Origin: Phoronis australis
Taxonomy: Eukaryota; Animalia; Phoronida
Assembly: GCA_002633005.1 (NCBI GenBank)
Contig: NMRA01000283.1
Location: 186,001-250,000 of the forward strand
Length of the DNA stretch: 64,000 nucleotides
Direction: 5' to 3'
Notes under the pieces: model-generated
What the model was told of the DNA's origin: nothing
The model's database searches: none
The model's input: the letters and a program-made list of their open reading frames with translations, nothing else
Shown here: piece after piece, positions 39,253-52,399 of the stretch
Numbering within the stretch: the first letter of the stretch is position 1
How the letters are laid out: the number at the start of each line of letters is the position of its first letter
Position numbers and translations under genes: made by a program

Positions 39253-39751
39253 TGTTGCGTAGATACCTTGGAATAGTTTGGTGTTGTGCTGCTTCGGGCC
39301 GGGCGTATTGATGGGCATCAGAGCACTTCTGGAAATGTACCGGTCCACGGGGTGTCAGAGAAGCTGTGTGGGTGAAATCCAAGAACCCCTAACTGTATGT
39401 CTAGACAGGGTAGTACTAGATTCAAGTTGTCTGAGTCATGTCTTGGGAACAGCGACAGAGGGCGACACAGGTTTCGTGGGAGTCAGTCAGTCATCAATCG
39501 TCAGTTCAAAGAGCCACGTGGCTCCGTAAAGTCGGGAGAAATATCTTAGTTAGTTCCTAGAAGTATTTTGTTTTATACTTCGCCCATCGAGTACTTCACC
39601 GGGATGACTGATAATGTTGTATCCATTATATGTACTCCGGAAATGCTTGTAAAAGGTTTCAACCTTCTTAACTACGACGCTCATTTAAGGCGGTTTATGA
39701 TGCTCCGTAAAAGACCGGTTAAAACAACAGTAATTATATACTGGTAGCGGT
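39253..39751 (+). mobile_element. Candidate solo LTR with PBS stub
   Basis: Starts TGTTGCGT and ends attatatac followed by TGGTAGCGGT, which resembles a tRNA-Leu-type primer binding site. Confidence 0.35.
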
Positions 39752-42596
39752 AATGTTAAAACGAAACTTCAAATGTGACAGAACCCTTCGTTGGCACGCG
39801 AAAAATTGCCTCATAAAAACCATGGAACAACACTAACCTGCCATTACTCGGAGAGAAGTGCCAGTTAAAATACATGTAGATCATAAGCAATGTACCATCT
39901 TTTTGTCCGAATGTAAGAATTGCCGTAAAATGGGTAAGACAGACGTACTCAGAGACAATTTGAATTTTACAAAAACGTTGTTTCCAACTTGTTCAGGACA
40001 AGAAATTCAAAGCGTACATCGTCGTGTACGCCCGTCACACTCATTCAAGTTACATAAAGTTGTCTGGCATAATTTTTTAAGAAAATATCAAAATTTTGTA
40101 TGATATACTTCACAGGCATTCTACTAAATCACCATGTAAAACAAAGAATTGTAACTTTTTACAATCATAATTATTAAAATCAGAAATCGGCACTTGGCAT
40201 TGCTTTGAAGTCCGATATAATGACAAAGTTTTTCGTATGAAAACACTGCATGTAGTCGCATTTGGACAGTTGTGACCAGATGTCGCTGGTGTTTGCCTGC
40301 GATGTAAACGGGTTGGTGAGATTCAATGATTAGGCTCAAAACTTTCCGACATGAAAATACTCTTTAAGTACGTAATTTACTATCGTAATTTACCACCGGC
40401 ATGTTACCTTCAACGGACGTGATCAACTGAAATACAACCAAACATTGTTTATCACCGCATTTTCAAAATACATGTAGCTTTGAAGAGTCATGGTCTTTTT
40501 AATTCGAATGTATTTAAGAGCAGCTGGTGTGTTTCTTATACCAACTTGTGCAAGGCTACGAGGGTGACTGTTCATTTCAAAAGCAATAGATGTCTTTGAT
40601 CACTTTCGCATCTAAATCTTATAATTGTTTAAATGTATCTTTTAATGTACATTAAATATATTAAATGTAAGAAAATGGGATTAAAAGAAACACGTCATCC
40701 TTTATTAAACTGCATTACCATGAAAGCTCCGCACAAATTATTATACATCCTGAAGCAGCAGCGGTGGATTTAAATTAACGACCGTAATGATTCCATCAGA
40801 ACACTGTAATCGCCTAATGTAGTTCAAAACTGATGATAAAAATTCTGATTAACTAATTAAGGTAATTTTAAGTCACGTATTTTTTGTTTCGGCTACAGGT
40901 ACGCCCAGTTAAGCGGTGGCGCTGCAATCAACAAGAAAATGACATAGTATCATTTGTTGGATATGTCGCTCTTGGATGATGACTTCGACTTCCTGGACTT
41001 TCTAAGGTTGGTTGAGGATAAACCATGAAAAACGTTTAAAATATCCTCGAATAAATTTGGCGTCTTTGACAGACGAGCAAGTCAATGTTTTATATCGCTA
41101 AGTTAATTTCTGTGTTTGTGTACATTTTCAATCACTGATGTTTATCATAGAATAAAACTACACGTTCACTTATTGTGTTTAGTTAACTTCAGGATACTTG
41201 AACTAATACCTATGTCAACGGGTGGACGGAGGCAGCCGGGGACACTTCGCAAAGTTGATGATGTTTTGACCAGGGAAACCTTATTAGGTGATGAACAGGG
41301 GTTTCGCAGCCCACTTGTGCACATTTCTGCACTGAGCTATATCTTGGATGACCATACTTTCTAAAAATATCAAAAAGGTGCATCAATTTAACGACCTTTT
41401 ACGATAAATCGGCAATTAAAACTCACGGTATGCACTTACAGAAGATCAGCTGTCTTCACGTTGTGACAAGACTGAACGCGATAAACTACAGGTCAACATT
41501 GTGTCGTAATGAGCAAAGAATGTCGACCTCACTCGTTCACGTTCGCGCTTGACGTGTAGTCGAAGCTCTCCAAAAATGGAACACGACGCATACGCGTGCG
41601 TAGACCTGTGACCTTTGGTTAATCAAACGTTCGCGTTCGCACTTAACGTGTAGCCTAAGCTGAGCTACTAGAAATGTGACATTTCTTCGGACACTAAAAG
41701 TTATTTTGAACAAAATAAAGACAATGATAAGCGTTGTGATTAGTTCACAAACTCTAAGTTATTTCTATTACAGTTTTCTAAATTATCACTTCGTCTTCGT
41801 TTGATGCAACTTTTGATTTAATTCATAAAAATTATAAAAGTCCTATTTTAAGAGCATCTCATGCGAAAGTGCAAAATTTTTAAAACAATTCCGAAAGCAT
41901 TTGGAGAACAGTGCGTAAATCACGATGTCTGAAAGCTTCATATGAATTTAATCAACCTTTTCTGAGACATGATGGACCGAAGTTTGCAAAATTGGCCTTT
42001 TTTCCAGGGTCCTACATACATTTGTAACCTTAAATTCGTAACGTTGATGTTGCGTTGTCAAAAATTAGTTCCTCCTTTGCTATCGAAGTGCTCTACATTT
42101 TGTGGTTAGAAATGATCCTCCTGTTGAGTTTCAGAAATTCCTTAAATGGATTCGTCCTTTACATTGATGGCCTTTATTATGGGCAAAGTCTTGACTTAAA
42201 GTCACTCAGCGACAGTCAATCATACTGTGTTCTCAGGCAAGCAGGGTCATAAAATGTAATAAATAACCCTGCCTATCAAAGTATAAAACCACTTCTTGAA
42301 AAATGCAAATTTCCAAGAATTAACAATTCTAGATAACACATACGTAAAGCATAGAAAAGTAACAGAAATGGGTGTTCGAACAGTAAAAAATCGGTCTAGA
42401 TTCGTTGCATTATGAGTCGATCCAATCGAGTAATGGTGGTGAAAAGTTAGCCATCTATGGGGCATGTTCCTTGCCAGTCTTCATCAACCTGTTTACCCAC
42501 AGGATCATTTGCAGAATTTTCCCGTCAACGTGGCAGCCACATCTAATGTTGGAACACAGAAAGGAAATTTACAGGTTCAAAATTCATTAACTGTCG

Positions 42597-42627
42597 GCGC
42601 TACCTTTCGTAGCACGAAAGGTAGCGC
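42597..42627. repeat. Perfect 14-bp hairpin
   Basis: gcgctacctttcgt-agc-acgaaaggtagcgc. Confidence 0.9.
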
Positions 42628-42654
42628 TGTGGCATGTTGTTTAACATCGCTACT

Positions 42655-43007
42655 CATTGGTCAAAGTAATGAAACCGACGTCATAACATTCAGTCATTCC
42701 CATTGATTGAAATCTGGGAAATCCCTTTCAGTTTACTGTTACGTAGTATGGCGGCCACCTTTGTCTTGAATAGTTGCGATTTATCAAAAACGGGCAGTAA
42801 TCGAAATAAACAAACTCAAGGAAACCCCGATCCCGTAGCTAAGCCTGAACAAGTACACTTCAGATAAGGCGTGTGCAAGTGGTGGCGATATGATCGATAA
42901 ACTTCCGACCAAGCATGCGCATTGATGCCCACACACGGAATTTCGTGTGTCGTTCATCGTGTTTCCAGAGGGATACTTTTCAGTATAGGTGGCGTTGTGT
43001 CAGATGG
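42655..43007 (+). mobile_element. Repeat carrying a RecQ helicase N-terminal remnant (AcademH-like), copy 1
   Basis: Aligns with 55387-55717. Reads KPEQVHF/KACASGGDMIDKLPT, like RecQ LKPEQ..I.A..G.D....LPT. Confidence 0.6.
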
Positions 43008-43009
43008 TA

Positions 43010-43276
43010 ATTCAGTGCTGCCTCGTTTTTGTGCCACAGGAATTTCACATGTTAGCTGTTGTTGTTGTCTGATTATCTAGTTTTTCTCGATTGCGTTTCT
43101 CTATTCGTCCTTCCAGTGCCCACCAAGTATTACTGCTGTAATCTGAAATTATCCATCTTCCCGCTATGAATAAGAGACGCGAAAATGTACCCGATTTCTA
43201 AAATAGGGCACACGCTTTTTTATTTCCAGGACAAAGAGGAGTAAATTATCGACGTGTAATCCGAGACGGACCTATT
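43010..43276 (+). mobile_element. Second, internally deleted copy of the THAP-bearing element at 2003-2330
   Basis: Direct nucleotide similarity, lacking ~55 bp of the THAP coding stretch. Confidence 0.7.
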
Positions 43277-45156
43277 TCAGTTGTTTGCGTTTTCGGAAGT
43301 TGTTCGTTTGCGTGTAAGCGTAGATTCCAAAAACGGGGTTGGTTATTTAGAGTTGCACACCACAATTTATAAATACGACGGAACAATTGATCATTTGATT
43401 TTTGAACATTGGAACGTGAGTCAGAGATAAACGCACAACACAGGAATCGGTCTGCTTTCCTGCTTTGATGACACTCCTTTTCGGACCAATCATGAAAATC
43501 TGATCATAGTGTCCTGAAAATGTCTCGATGAACAGCAAGATGTAAACTTAGATTATGACAGTTTATTCAGCATCGTTGAGTTTAGGCCCTGGTTAGAGGA
43601 TTTTGAATTGAATGACTGACATGGGCCACTACACAGGGGGGGGGGGTATATAAACAACAGCATGTAGAAATTCAGATTTTCCAGTGTGATGAAATCAAAC
43701 GCTTAGCCGAACCGGGACATTGCAAACATTTTAACTCCAACTAGAGCTAAAAAGCGACACCTGGCACACATCCACAAAGCAAATTGACCTATCGCCCGGA
43801 TTTTGATTTTGAGTGACGTTTTAAATGACCAATCAGAACGCAGCACTCTTGACACACCTTCGTTACCCGACAAGCAACACGTTGACGGGTAAAACTTATT
43901 GTTTGTTTGTAGGGTGTCACGTTACAAGGGAGCGGAGCTTGCGAGTGGTCAGCTAACGCGTTATTCCATCCAGACTTAGATGAACGCGTTAACGTGTAAA
44001 ACTCGCACGCTCTAACAAATGAATCACTTGTAGTTCCATAAGATGTGCACTTTCGTCTGAAAGTAATCACGTCTTACCAAGATTTTACGTTACGATATTT
44101 GCTACGAAGTAAATCACCATCCATGCACGCAGTTACACTCATCGGGATATGACGCTTTGATTCGCGTTCACGCAAAGAGGTATACAGGAAATTTTGTCGA
44201 GCAAACTAACGACTATTTTATACTAGAAACATGACTCATGACTGAGCAATGCTTTTAAGTTGTTGATGTGCGTGTAGATCGTAGCGGAATGAGAGAGAGC
44301 GACTGCGTGCTTCTTGTTTTCCAAAACAATAAACAGCTGACTGAGTCTGGACACAATCTCTTCAAAATACAGATTCATTCTCATGGGATTTTTGTGGATG
44401 TTTTTTGATTTTTTCCGAAAATTGTTACTCGAGTGATCACATGTGCAATTTTTGCATTAAAAAGTTGGAAAAGTCCGCCGCAAACATGACCGTGCGTCTA
44501 TTTGATGAAATTAGTGACTTACGACTTTATTACCCTTCCACTTCAAGATTGCCGACTAAAGTTTTATTCAAATAATTAATATAAGCGTATCACAGTCCAG
44601 AAACAATTTACATGAATTAACTCGGTATCTAGCTATTATGTGTATATTCTCAGAGATTTTCATTTGAGCATAAACGTTTTTTGTTATTCGTCTTAGTTTT
44701 TGTTGGATAAACAACGCGTATCATAACTTCCGCGCCTGCGGAAGAATGCTAAAACAAGACAGAATTACTTGAATAGCTAAATCGCGCTCAACTCGTCACT
44801 ATAAGAAAAAAAAATAATTGTGGATCGATTTCTGTCCTTTAAAACCGTTATAAATTGATTTTTATGCTTGGAACTAATCTGACAATATCTTCCAACGTTA
44901 AGTGGCTGTTGTTTTGTTTACCGGCTATGCAGGCAGGCATGTTCTTATTAATATTGCGGTTTGCAAGCCATGGTGCGTTTGCTCGCCTTCTTTATAAAAG
45001 TAATGCATCAGCATTCCTGCATAGGCCCTTAACCACTTCACCATCGACAGATATTGTGTCGGGGTTATTTCGCAATGTACATCAAAATAATCCGACCTGC
45101 GTAGTTTTACAACTAAGGCCAGCATACGACTTTGGCTACGATTTACACGCGTTTTA

Positions 45157-45484
45157 CATAAGCGGATTTAGGGGGGGGTCATGGGGTCCACCCCCCCCCC
45201 CTTGGCTGCCGCCAAAAATAAAACAGGAATACAGTAAGAGCGTGAGGAAATATTGAGTTTATTAATTAACCCTGGTAATGACGAAGTGGCCGAAACAAGG
45301 TGTAGGAAGCGTCTCCCCGTTTTTTTATTTTTAGTCGTGCGGTTGCATTACAGCAAGGAGGTCCACACTCTCAGAAATCCAAGCCCTCCTTCATTTCAGG
45401 CTGGATGTGCGCATGCAGTCGTGCTTTACGTGATTGCCCGAGACAAAGTGTCGCCCCCCTTAAGGTATCCTAGATCCGCCACTG
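45157..45484 (+). mobile_element. hAT-like MITE with 5-bp TSD
   Basis: cataagcggatttagg...cctagatccgccactg flanked by TTTTA/TTTTA. Confidence 0.8.
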
Positions 45485-46325
45485 TTTTACCCAACGTAGT
45501 AGGTGAAATTTTGTGTTCCGCGATCAATGATTTCGTTCTTACAACTATTAACTAGGTGGCGGTTCATAGCTGTTGTCAGACTCAGAACATCACGTCATTC
45601 TTAGTGTTTTGTATATCGTCATTTTCACGTTAATTAATACATTGAACTCAACGACTCGACTGCTGTACTTCTGACGCGGAAAGCAGTTTTCGTAATTTTG
45701 GGATTAGGTTATTTTGATTGTCCTTGGAAATATCTAATAGGCAAACTGGTTGAATTTTCGATTTTCGTGTTATGTTTTAATGTGAACATAAAAGCAAGGT
45801 TAAAGAATCGAACAAAACTTTCACGCGAGTCAAGATTTCGTCAGAGTTGTCAGTTACTTTATTGGTGCAGATCATGAACTTTTTAATACATAAAGGTTTG
45901 AAAAACGTCAAAACAAGTGCCTGTATGAAGAAATTTCTACACGAAACGTTTTGTTGAGCCTTCAGAGGAAGAAAATTTAGCGTAGCGTGTGCCGTTATCC
46001 AATACGTGCCAATGAGGAGGAACAGACAAACTTATTCTCATCTTTGGGTTCGACGGTTTTTTTAACCCATGGCGACACTGAAAGACGAGAGTAATTCACG
46101 GAATAAAACACCATATCAAGCAAGGATTAGTGTTTATTTTAGAACCGTAACACAAAAGTGTTGGTAACCTACACTTAGTCTGTACGTCACAAATAATCAG
46201 ACAAATGACCCGGACTTCCCCGCCCAAACGTGTGAGCGAAAGCGGAATTTCCCGTCATGACGTCTAAGTGCGGAAACGGTATTTTGTCCGATTACTTTTG
46301 AGTCCTATGACGCGTGAAATAAATA

Positions 46326-46989
46326 CAGGGTGCCTCAAGCTTTCATCGTACTTTAAATGAGAATTACTCAAAAAAGAGATGGTGCATTCAAGCGCATTTT
46401 GACGAAATGTGGAAGTTTTTACTAGAACGACCTTTGAAAGTATGCACTACTCTGGCGCTTAAACAGTCAAAAGCTTTATTTGCTATTGCAATCATTAAAT
46501 TTAAAAAACATGAAATGGGGATGTCAAGGAAGTGGTGTTTCAATGTCAGTCGATACGTATGGTGCAACTTCCCTTACAGCTCGTCAGCTATGGAGACATC
46601 GCAAACTACTTCCGAAATTGCCTCATTTCACGTTTTGGAGATATTTCCCCGGTCAAAGAGCTCTACAGACCTGAAACCATTCGATTGCTTTTTGTAGGGA
46701 TACTTGAAAAGTGAGTCAACATAATAAAAAAATAAACGCAAACAACGGTTGATCTGAGGACAGCTTTCATAGAGCGATTGCGAGCAAACCAAGTGATGTA
46801 TAATGGCTGCCATGAAAAATAGAGCAATGAGTGTTCCCGCGACAGAGGAGTGCATACAACTGTATGAAGATTGTAATCCTACGTGAGTAAGAACTCCTAC
46901 TCTTTGCTGTTAGCAAGAAGCGTTTCAATACACTTTATACCCTCTCTTGTTTGATTTTCCTTTTATTTGAATAATCTCGAGACACCCTG
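46326..46989 (+). mobile_element. Internally deleted Tc1/mariner element (maT/rosa, DDxD-like)
   Basis: TA|CAGGGTGCCTCAAG ... CTCGAGACACCCTG|TA. Residual catalytic motifs YGATSLTAR (QDGA..H.A) and SSTDLKPFDCFL*GYLKS (SPDL.P.DFFLWGYLK). Confidence 0.85.
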
Positions 46990-47951
46990 TATGGTTACGC
47001 GTCTTATATTCGCGATCATGTGTTAACTAGAAAGGGATCGATTTTCGACCACCACGATCTCTGTTGTTTGGCAAACAGGTTTTGTTATTAACTTGTTTTC
47101 CTATCAAGAGCACTTATCCACAATGAGTTTTCGCTAGAAATATGTTGACCTCCTTGCTGGCACGTAGAAGAATCAGGTCTCGCCAAAGGCGATTAGTTGT
47201 TGATTGTTTTAAAATCTTCAATTTATTAGTTTCAATGCTATTGTCAATATTTATGGACAAAAGCAATTTGCCGACCTTTTCTGTCAGTTTAAAGTTTCCC
47301 TTATCCATTGCAGTAGTATGATTATGTTTTAAAATCGTCTCTTGCGTACGCATTTGAATTTCAGGCTAAAATCGATGTTTTTGAAGTTTTATTTAGTACC
47401 AGTATACACTTTTGCCGTTCCAATCATTCTACAGTGAATTTTTCGTAATACATATTTAGAGCTACAAAAGCGATACAATCCGTTGTGTCATTTGTGATTT
47501 CATTACAAATAGTCAATTCTCGTTGTTGGCTGACAAACATTCGTTGAAATCAATGCTGGTTACGTTATCAGATAAATACGCTTAAAATACTCTGCCTCAG
47601 GCCAAATTTAACATAAATCACTAATACTTATATTAATCGTGTTTTCTTTTTCTTGACTACTTCCACTGATTGAGGGCACAAGCATCTGTAGCGCGACGTA
47701 GAAGCTTCGTCAAAATCCTGGGCAACATCCAATAGAGCAAAATATGATCTGCTTCTAAATACCAACAGCTATCAAAATTTCAATCGCGCTTTCATTTCTG
47801 TGGACCCAGCGTTTTTTCTTTCAGTCCAAACTCTCATGAAGCCATTTGAGGCTGTTTTTTTTTCAATTGACGTTGTTATGCCCAGAGGAGACGCATAAGC
47901 CGTTCTAGTTACACTAATTTTCACGAGTTTGCTCAGGAGACGAGTATCAGG

Positions 47952-48126
47952 AGAAGGTGCGTGTACGAAGGATGCAGTAACGGCAGTCGGACAGACAACA
48001 TTTCAGTTTTTCTGTATCCAAAAGACCCTAAGATCGCCCAGAAATGGCACAGGCTCGTGCGTCGGACACGGGTACAGTTCAGGTGCCACCCTGTGCTCAG
48101 CGCATTTTGAGGAATCTTGCTTTGAC
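47952..48126 (+). pseudogene. Nearly complete THAP domain with one frameshift
   Basis: RRCVYEGCSNGSRTDNISVFLYPKDPKIAQKWHRLVRRTR / SSGATLCSAHFEESCFD contains all C2CH ligands plus the P, W and F signature residues. Confidence 0.8.
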
Positions 48127-49576
48127 CCGTCGCAGAAACGTAGATTTGATGGAGATTTCTCCAACCTGTAAGTGCATTTGATCAGTGTTGCTGGAGCAAA
48201 AACGATGTGTTATATTGTACCATAGTTGCATGGGAATGTGGTCGTCAGGAAAATATTGAGTAACAGCATCAGCATCAAATTCTGACTGAGATAATGAATG
48301 TGATTGTAGTAAAAACGTTCTCGTCAGTCTATTCTTGCTCGAGATTTTGTGGGAATGTAGGCTGTCCACATATGTACGTCAATGCAAAGTACTAAAAAAT
48401 GGAATGTAGATGCCGCGCAAACAGTCTGAGGTCACGACCGCGGCCGGCACAGGAGCTAAAGACGGACACTGGACTGAAATAATGGACGAATAACAACGAC
48501 CAAAGCTTTCATAATTTTGGAACAGAAAAGACAGAAACGAGTATCATTTACCAGAAATAAAATCCAGTTAGCATTATAATAATTAGATATGATCGTTCCT
48601 GACAAACGCACTCAGCATACGAAATCCAGTGGCTGCTATTCGCGACTGGGCTTTGACGGGTAATAACGTCGAGTACAGATTTACGGTTCGAGACATATAC
48701 ATATTACTTGACACTAAAGTGATTAAAATTTTAATTGTGATTCACTCAGAATGTCAGCTCTGAAATCGCTAAACTGATTAGGCTCCTCCTCGGTTTCACT
48801 CGCCGAAGACGCCGGTGCGAGAGGGTCGTGTTCGTACGGCCTCAAACACGCAGTCTGACAATTTTGCGAGGTCTAGCTCATTATCTGTTTCACCTATGGC
48901 CTGAGTGGCGTCTTCACTCCCGTCTTCATGCGTGCCTGCATAATACTCGTCAAGCTCTACTCTTCGTAACTTACAAAATCACTGTCATATATGCTGTCCA
49001 CTCATCAACGTCTTCCACTGATGACATCACGTGGTGGGAATTTACCAAAAATCATTTTTTTCTTTAAAATTCAAAATTCCTCAAATATTTCTCAAAATAA
49101 GTATTTCTTTAGTATTCATAATATATAATTATTGTACACGGTCTAAAACCTCACAAGTGCAAAAATATTATAGGGATGTCTTAAACCACCCGCTAATGCA
49201 TTGGAGGCGTCAATCTTCCTCCATAATTATGAGGGTTGTCGAGTAGTTACAGAGCATTATGTGGTTTCAGATAATTGGTTTTGAATATCTGTTAATAGGC
49301 CAAAACAGGGTTTAGTGTCATTTAATGATTTTTATGGTATAAATAATGCAGAAACGAGGAGTTTTTCAAAACTGTAAAGTTAAAAAGTTGTCAACACTTG
49401 TCAGTAATGTTTTTGATAGGTATCGTACACGCACAGTGAACGATTAGATTTCCGTCAGTTTCAAGCAGCAGAGTAAGGGTAGAACGCCAGTTTTTCCAGC
49501 ATTGGTAGATTATTTTGTTTACTCAAGAGCGAAGCGTGGTTTTGAAAGAACTTAATTTTGTTCCAATTTTATTTGG

Positions 49577-49798
49577 TCAGTATTTACTCACATCAGCGCA
49601 AAGCTGTATGTTTAGTATACAGGTTTGCTCTAAGGCTAGAACACATCTTGCTGCTCTAATAATTTTGTCGCCAGTCCTTTTTTGTTGTGGATACGAATCT
49701 ATTCCATACACGGCACATGACGGTATCGGCGGGAAGTTGTACAAATGTTTGTCATTACCGCTTACATTGGTGCACCTGTACACCACGTAACGCGGCAT
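49577..49798 (-). pseudogene. Degenerate THAP domain
   Basis: MPRYVVYRCTNVSGNDKHLYNFP...RTGDK..AARCV.. follows the THAP layout with the Zn ligands partly mutated. Confidence 0.5.
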
Positions 49799-50406
49799 TT
49801 TATCCCAGAGACTGATAAGTAGCCTGCGTCCATACAAGGAGCTAAATGAGAATGCAATGAGCTAACTCTCATTTAGCTCTTTGGGTCCAAGAAATGACAC
49901 TCAGCTGTTGCGCAGTGAGGCTTCGGGAAAATTTCTTTGACACGATGATGCCATATGTACCTCTTTATTGTGATTGGTTGAGAATATATCTGGGGCGCTC
50001 AAATGGACTACAAATTAAGGAGGTGTAATTTACGTCGCAATTAGTTACTTTCTGTGGCTTTTAAAAACAAAAAGTAAATTTATTTAAAAATTCTTCTATT
50101 TCTGGTGTCAAAAAGGGTGTTTGGAGGCTATATTTAATTGTCACGTTGATTATTTAAATGCCCGGTAAGGTCTTGAGCAATACGAAGCGCCAAGTAGTCA
50201 AAATAACATAATCTCTAAGTCTAAATAAAGTGCAGTTGTATTCATTGACAACTTGTAAATGTGAAAACAAAAAATTCTACAAATAGGTGACCTTTGTACT
50301 AATCACGAACATCGCGGGTTCACATAGGCCGCATCACGTCACGATACTTACTGGACACGGTTCAGTGATTTGCGGCGAATCATTTTTGCACACAACTCGT
50401 TCTTAA

Positions 50407-51816
50407 GGATATCTCTAGCCTTATTCACAAAAACCGACCATTTTTACAATATTTCACATATGTCTAACAAAGTACTTTATCTTCATTCTCGGGGAATTTC
50501 AAGTACGCCTAACGAGAAAAAAGATTTCACAGAACCACCTTGGAACCGCCCAACCGTGTGGATATTTGTTTACTACTTATCCGAGGTCAAAGTTTGCAGG
50601 CCTATCACTCAAATGTAATCTCCAGCAAGGTACGGAGCAGCTTCGTGTGTACCCTCACTCCTTTCATTCACCGAGTCGCCATAATGTTGAGTTCACGAGG
50701 TGTACATATGATAGAACGTTGCCGGTGAAGACAAAGACAAAACGCAGTTTTGATCCTGAATGAGTTTTGCGTCTACATGCACTTACGACCATTGAGAATG
50801 AATGTTCCGAGTCGCCTCACGCTTCTGCAACTCTGTATTTGCGAACGCAGCAAGTTGTGAAAAGAGATAAATCCTCACCCAAATTCCATAATTCGATAGG
50901 TAATTAACCATTTTGCTGTATTGATCTCATGCTAACGACGTGCTTTAACCACCGACTCGACTTCTGTTATGCGTTTCTTACTTGATTTCGTATCGGTCTC
51001 CCGGCGCATGTTGCGACGTGTAGAACAATAAACTGCTGACCTACTTTTAAGTATGTCAGCAATATGGTTGGTTCCTTGGCTGTAGAGGGTAACGTTTTAA
51101 AGATAATTAAGTTAACTACGCACTGCAAATTCACTTGACATTGCGAGTGAGTGCTGAAATAGGTTACATGGTTAAGGCATGTATACATAGGTTATACATT
51201 GTATTGACCGAAAACAAGTTTTCACCGAATAATTAATCGAAGACCTTGAGATTTTCTCTCGTCCCGGTTTAATAGGCTTTTTCTCGGCTTCGGCAAATCC
51301 ACTTAATTTGATTTAGGTGCAAGAGTTCTCAAAAACAACTCTTTGGATTTTGCTGAAACTCCCCAAATTTACTATTTATTCACCAATCTTAAAAATACAG
51401 TTAGTATTTTCTTTAGAAAGGCCCAATTTTTGCTTAATGTAACAAAGACGAATACGATTGCTATCTTTTATAAAAACACCTTACGTTTTGCGAGTTGATT
51501 TGTCAAAGGAATCAAAACAAAAAGACCAATCGAAAATTCTTAACAGCGCTTTTGAAGTAACTATTAAAGTTTTATTTGAAAAAGGTTTCATTAAAATCCT
51601 TCTAGGGGTATTTTTACTATGAATGTACCTCTCTTAAAAATGAAAGATTGACTTAAAATGTGCTAACGTAATAATAACAATGGTACATCAATATAAAACA
51701 TATTAATATTCCTTGATAATTTTTCTTTAAGAAAGTATATACTTTTACTAGTTGATAAGGCTTAGTTTTCTGATATACGAGTAAGAATGAGCCACAAAAT
51801 AAGTTTTCAGATAATC
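50407..51816. mobile_element. Non-autonomous TTAA-targeting element (Kolobok-like), copy 1
   Basis: TTAA|GGATATCTC...CAGATAATC|TTAA, collinear over ~1.4 kb with 56953-58316. Confidence 0.8.
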
Positions 51817-52399
51817 TTAAAAACATTTGGCCATCATTTTAACCTACTTCAACGTCACGTGGCCGCTATATGGTGAGTTTCTAATTAAACTGGCCAAGCA
51901 ATCACAGAGATGAGGAGATAGCCTGCAAGTATTGCGTTTTAATCGACACAGGCATGTTTCTATTAGAAAGCTGATTCAAGTTTCGCGTCGGCACCTACCC
52001 CTGTTGAACTCAACATTGCGAAATGGTGTACCTTCAAACGTCAGTTGTCAACACTTTGGCACGCACTGGCAAGAGTGTGCCGCCAGCATTTCCATGCGTC
52101 GTGCTAGACGATGGGGACGCCGTTCGATTGACGAACTTCAAACCACATAACGTCTTATGTGATGCGACTTTTACTAAAAACGATGAACGATATTTTAAAA
52201 AAAATGGCGGCCTAGTCGTTGCATTAGCTTCGTATATCCTTTTTATTTGATACTTTGTCCTCACCTCAATAGTTTAGACTTTCCTGCGGGTCTCAGTGAT
52301 CGGCATGCGTCGGGCCACAGGTATTTTTAAAATGCAAATTGATCAGTTAGATGTGTAACACCACCTTACGCTCCGGTTTAATCCCCAATTGTGACGGGG

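Noticed and set aside
40963-41660. MSLLDDDFDFL..NLASLTDEQV..LYR as a Harbinger transposase N-terminus
   Set aside because: Suggestive but too short, and no matching TIR pair was established.
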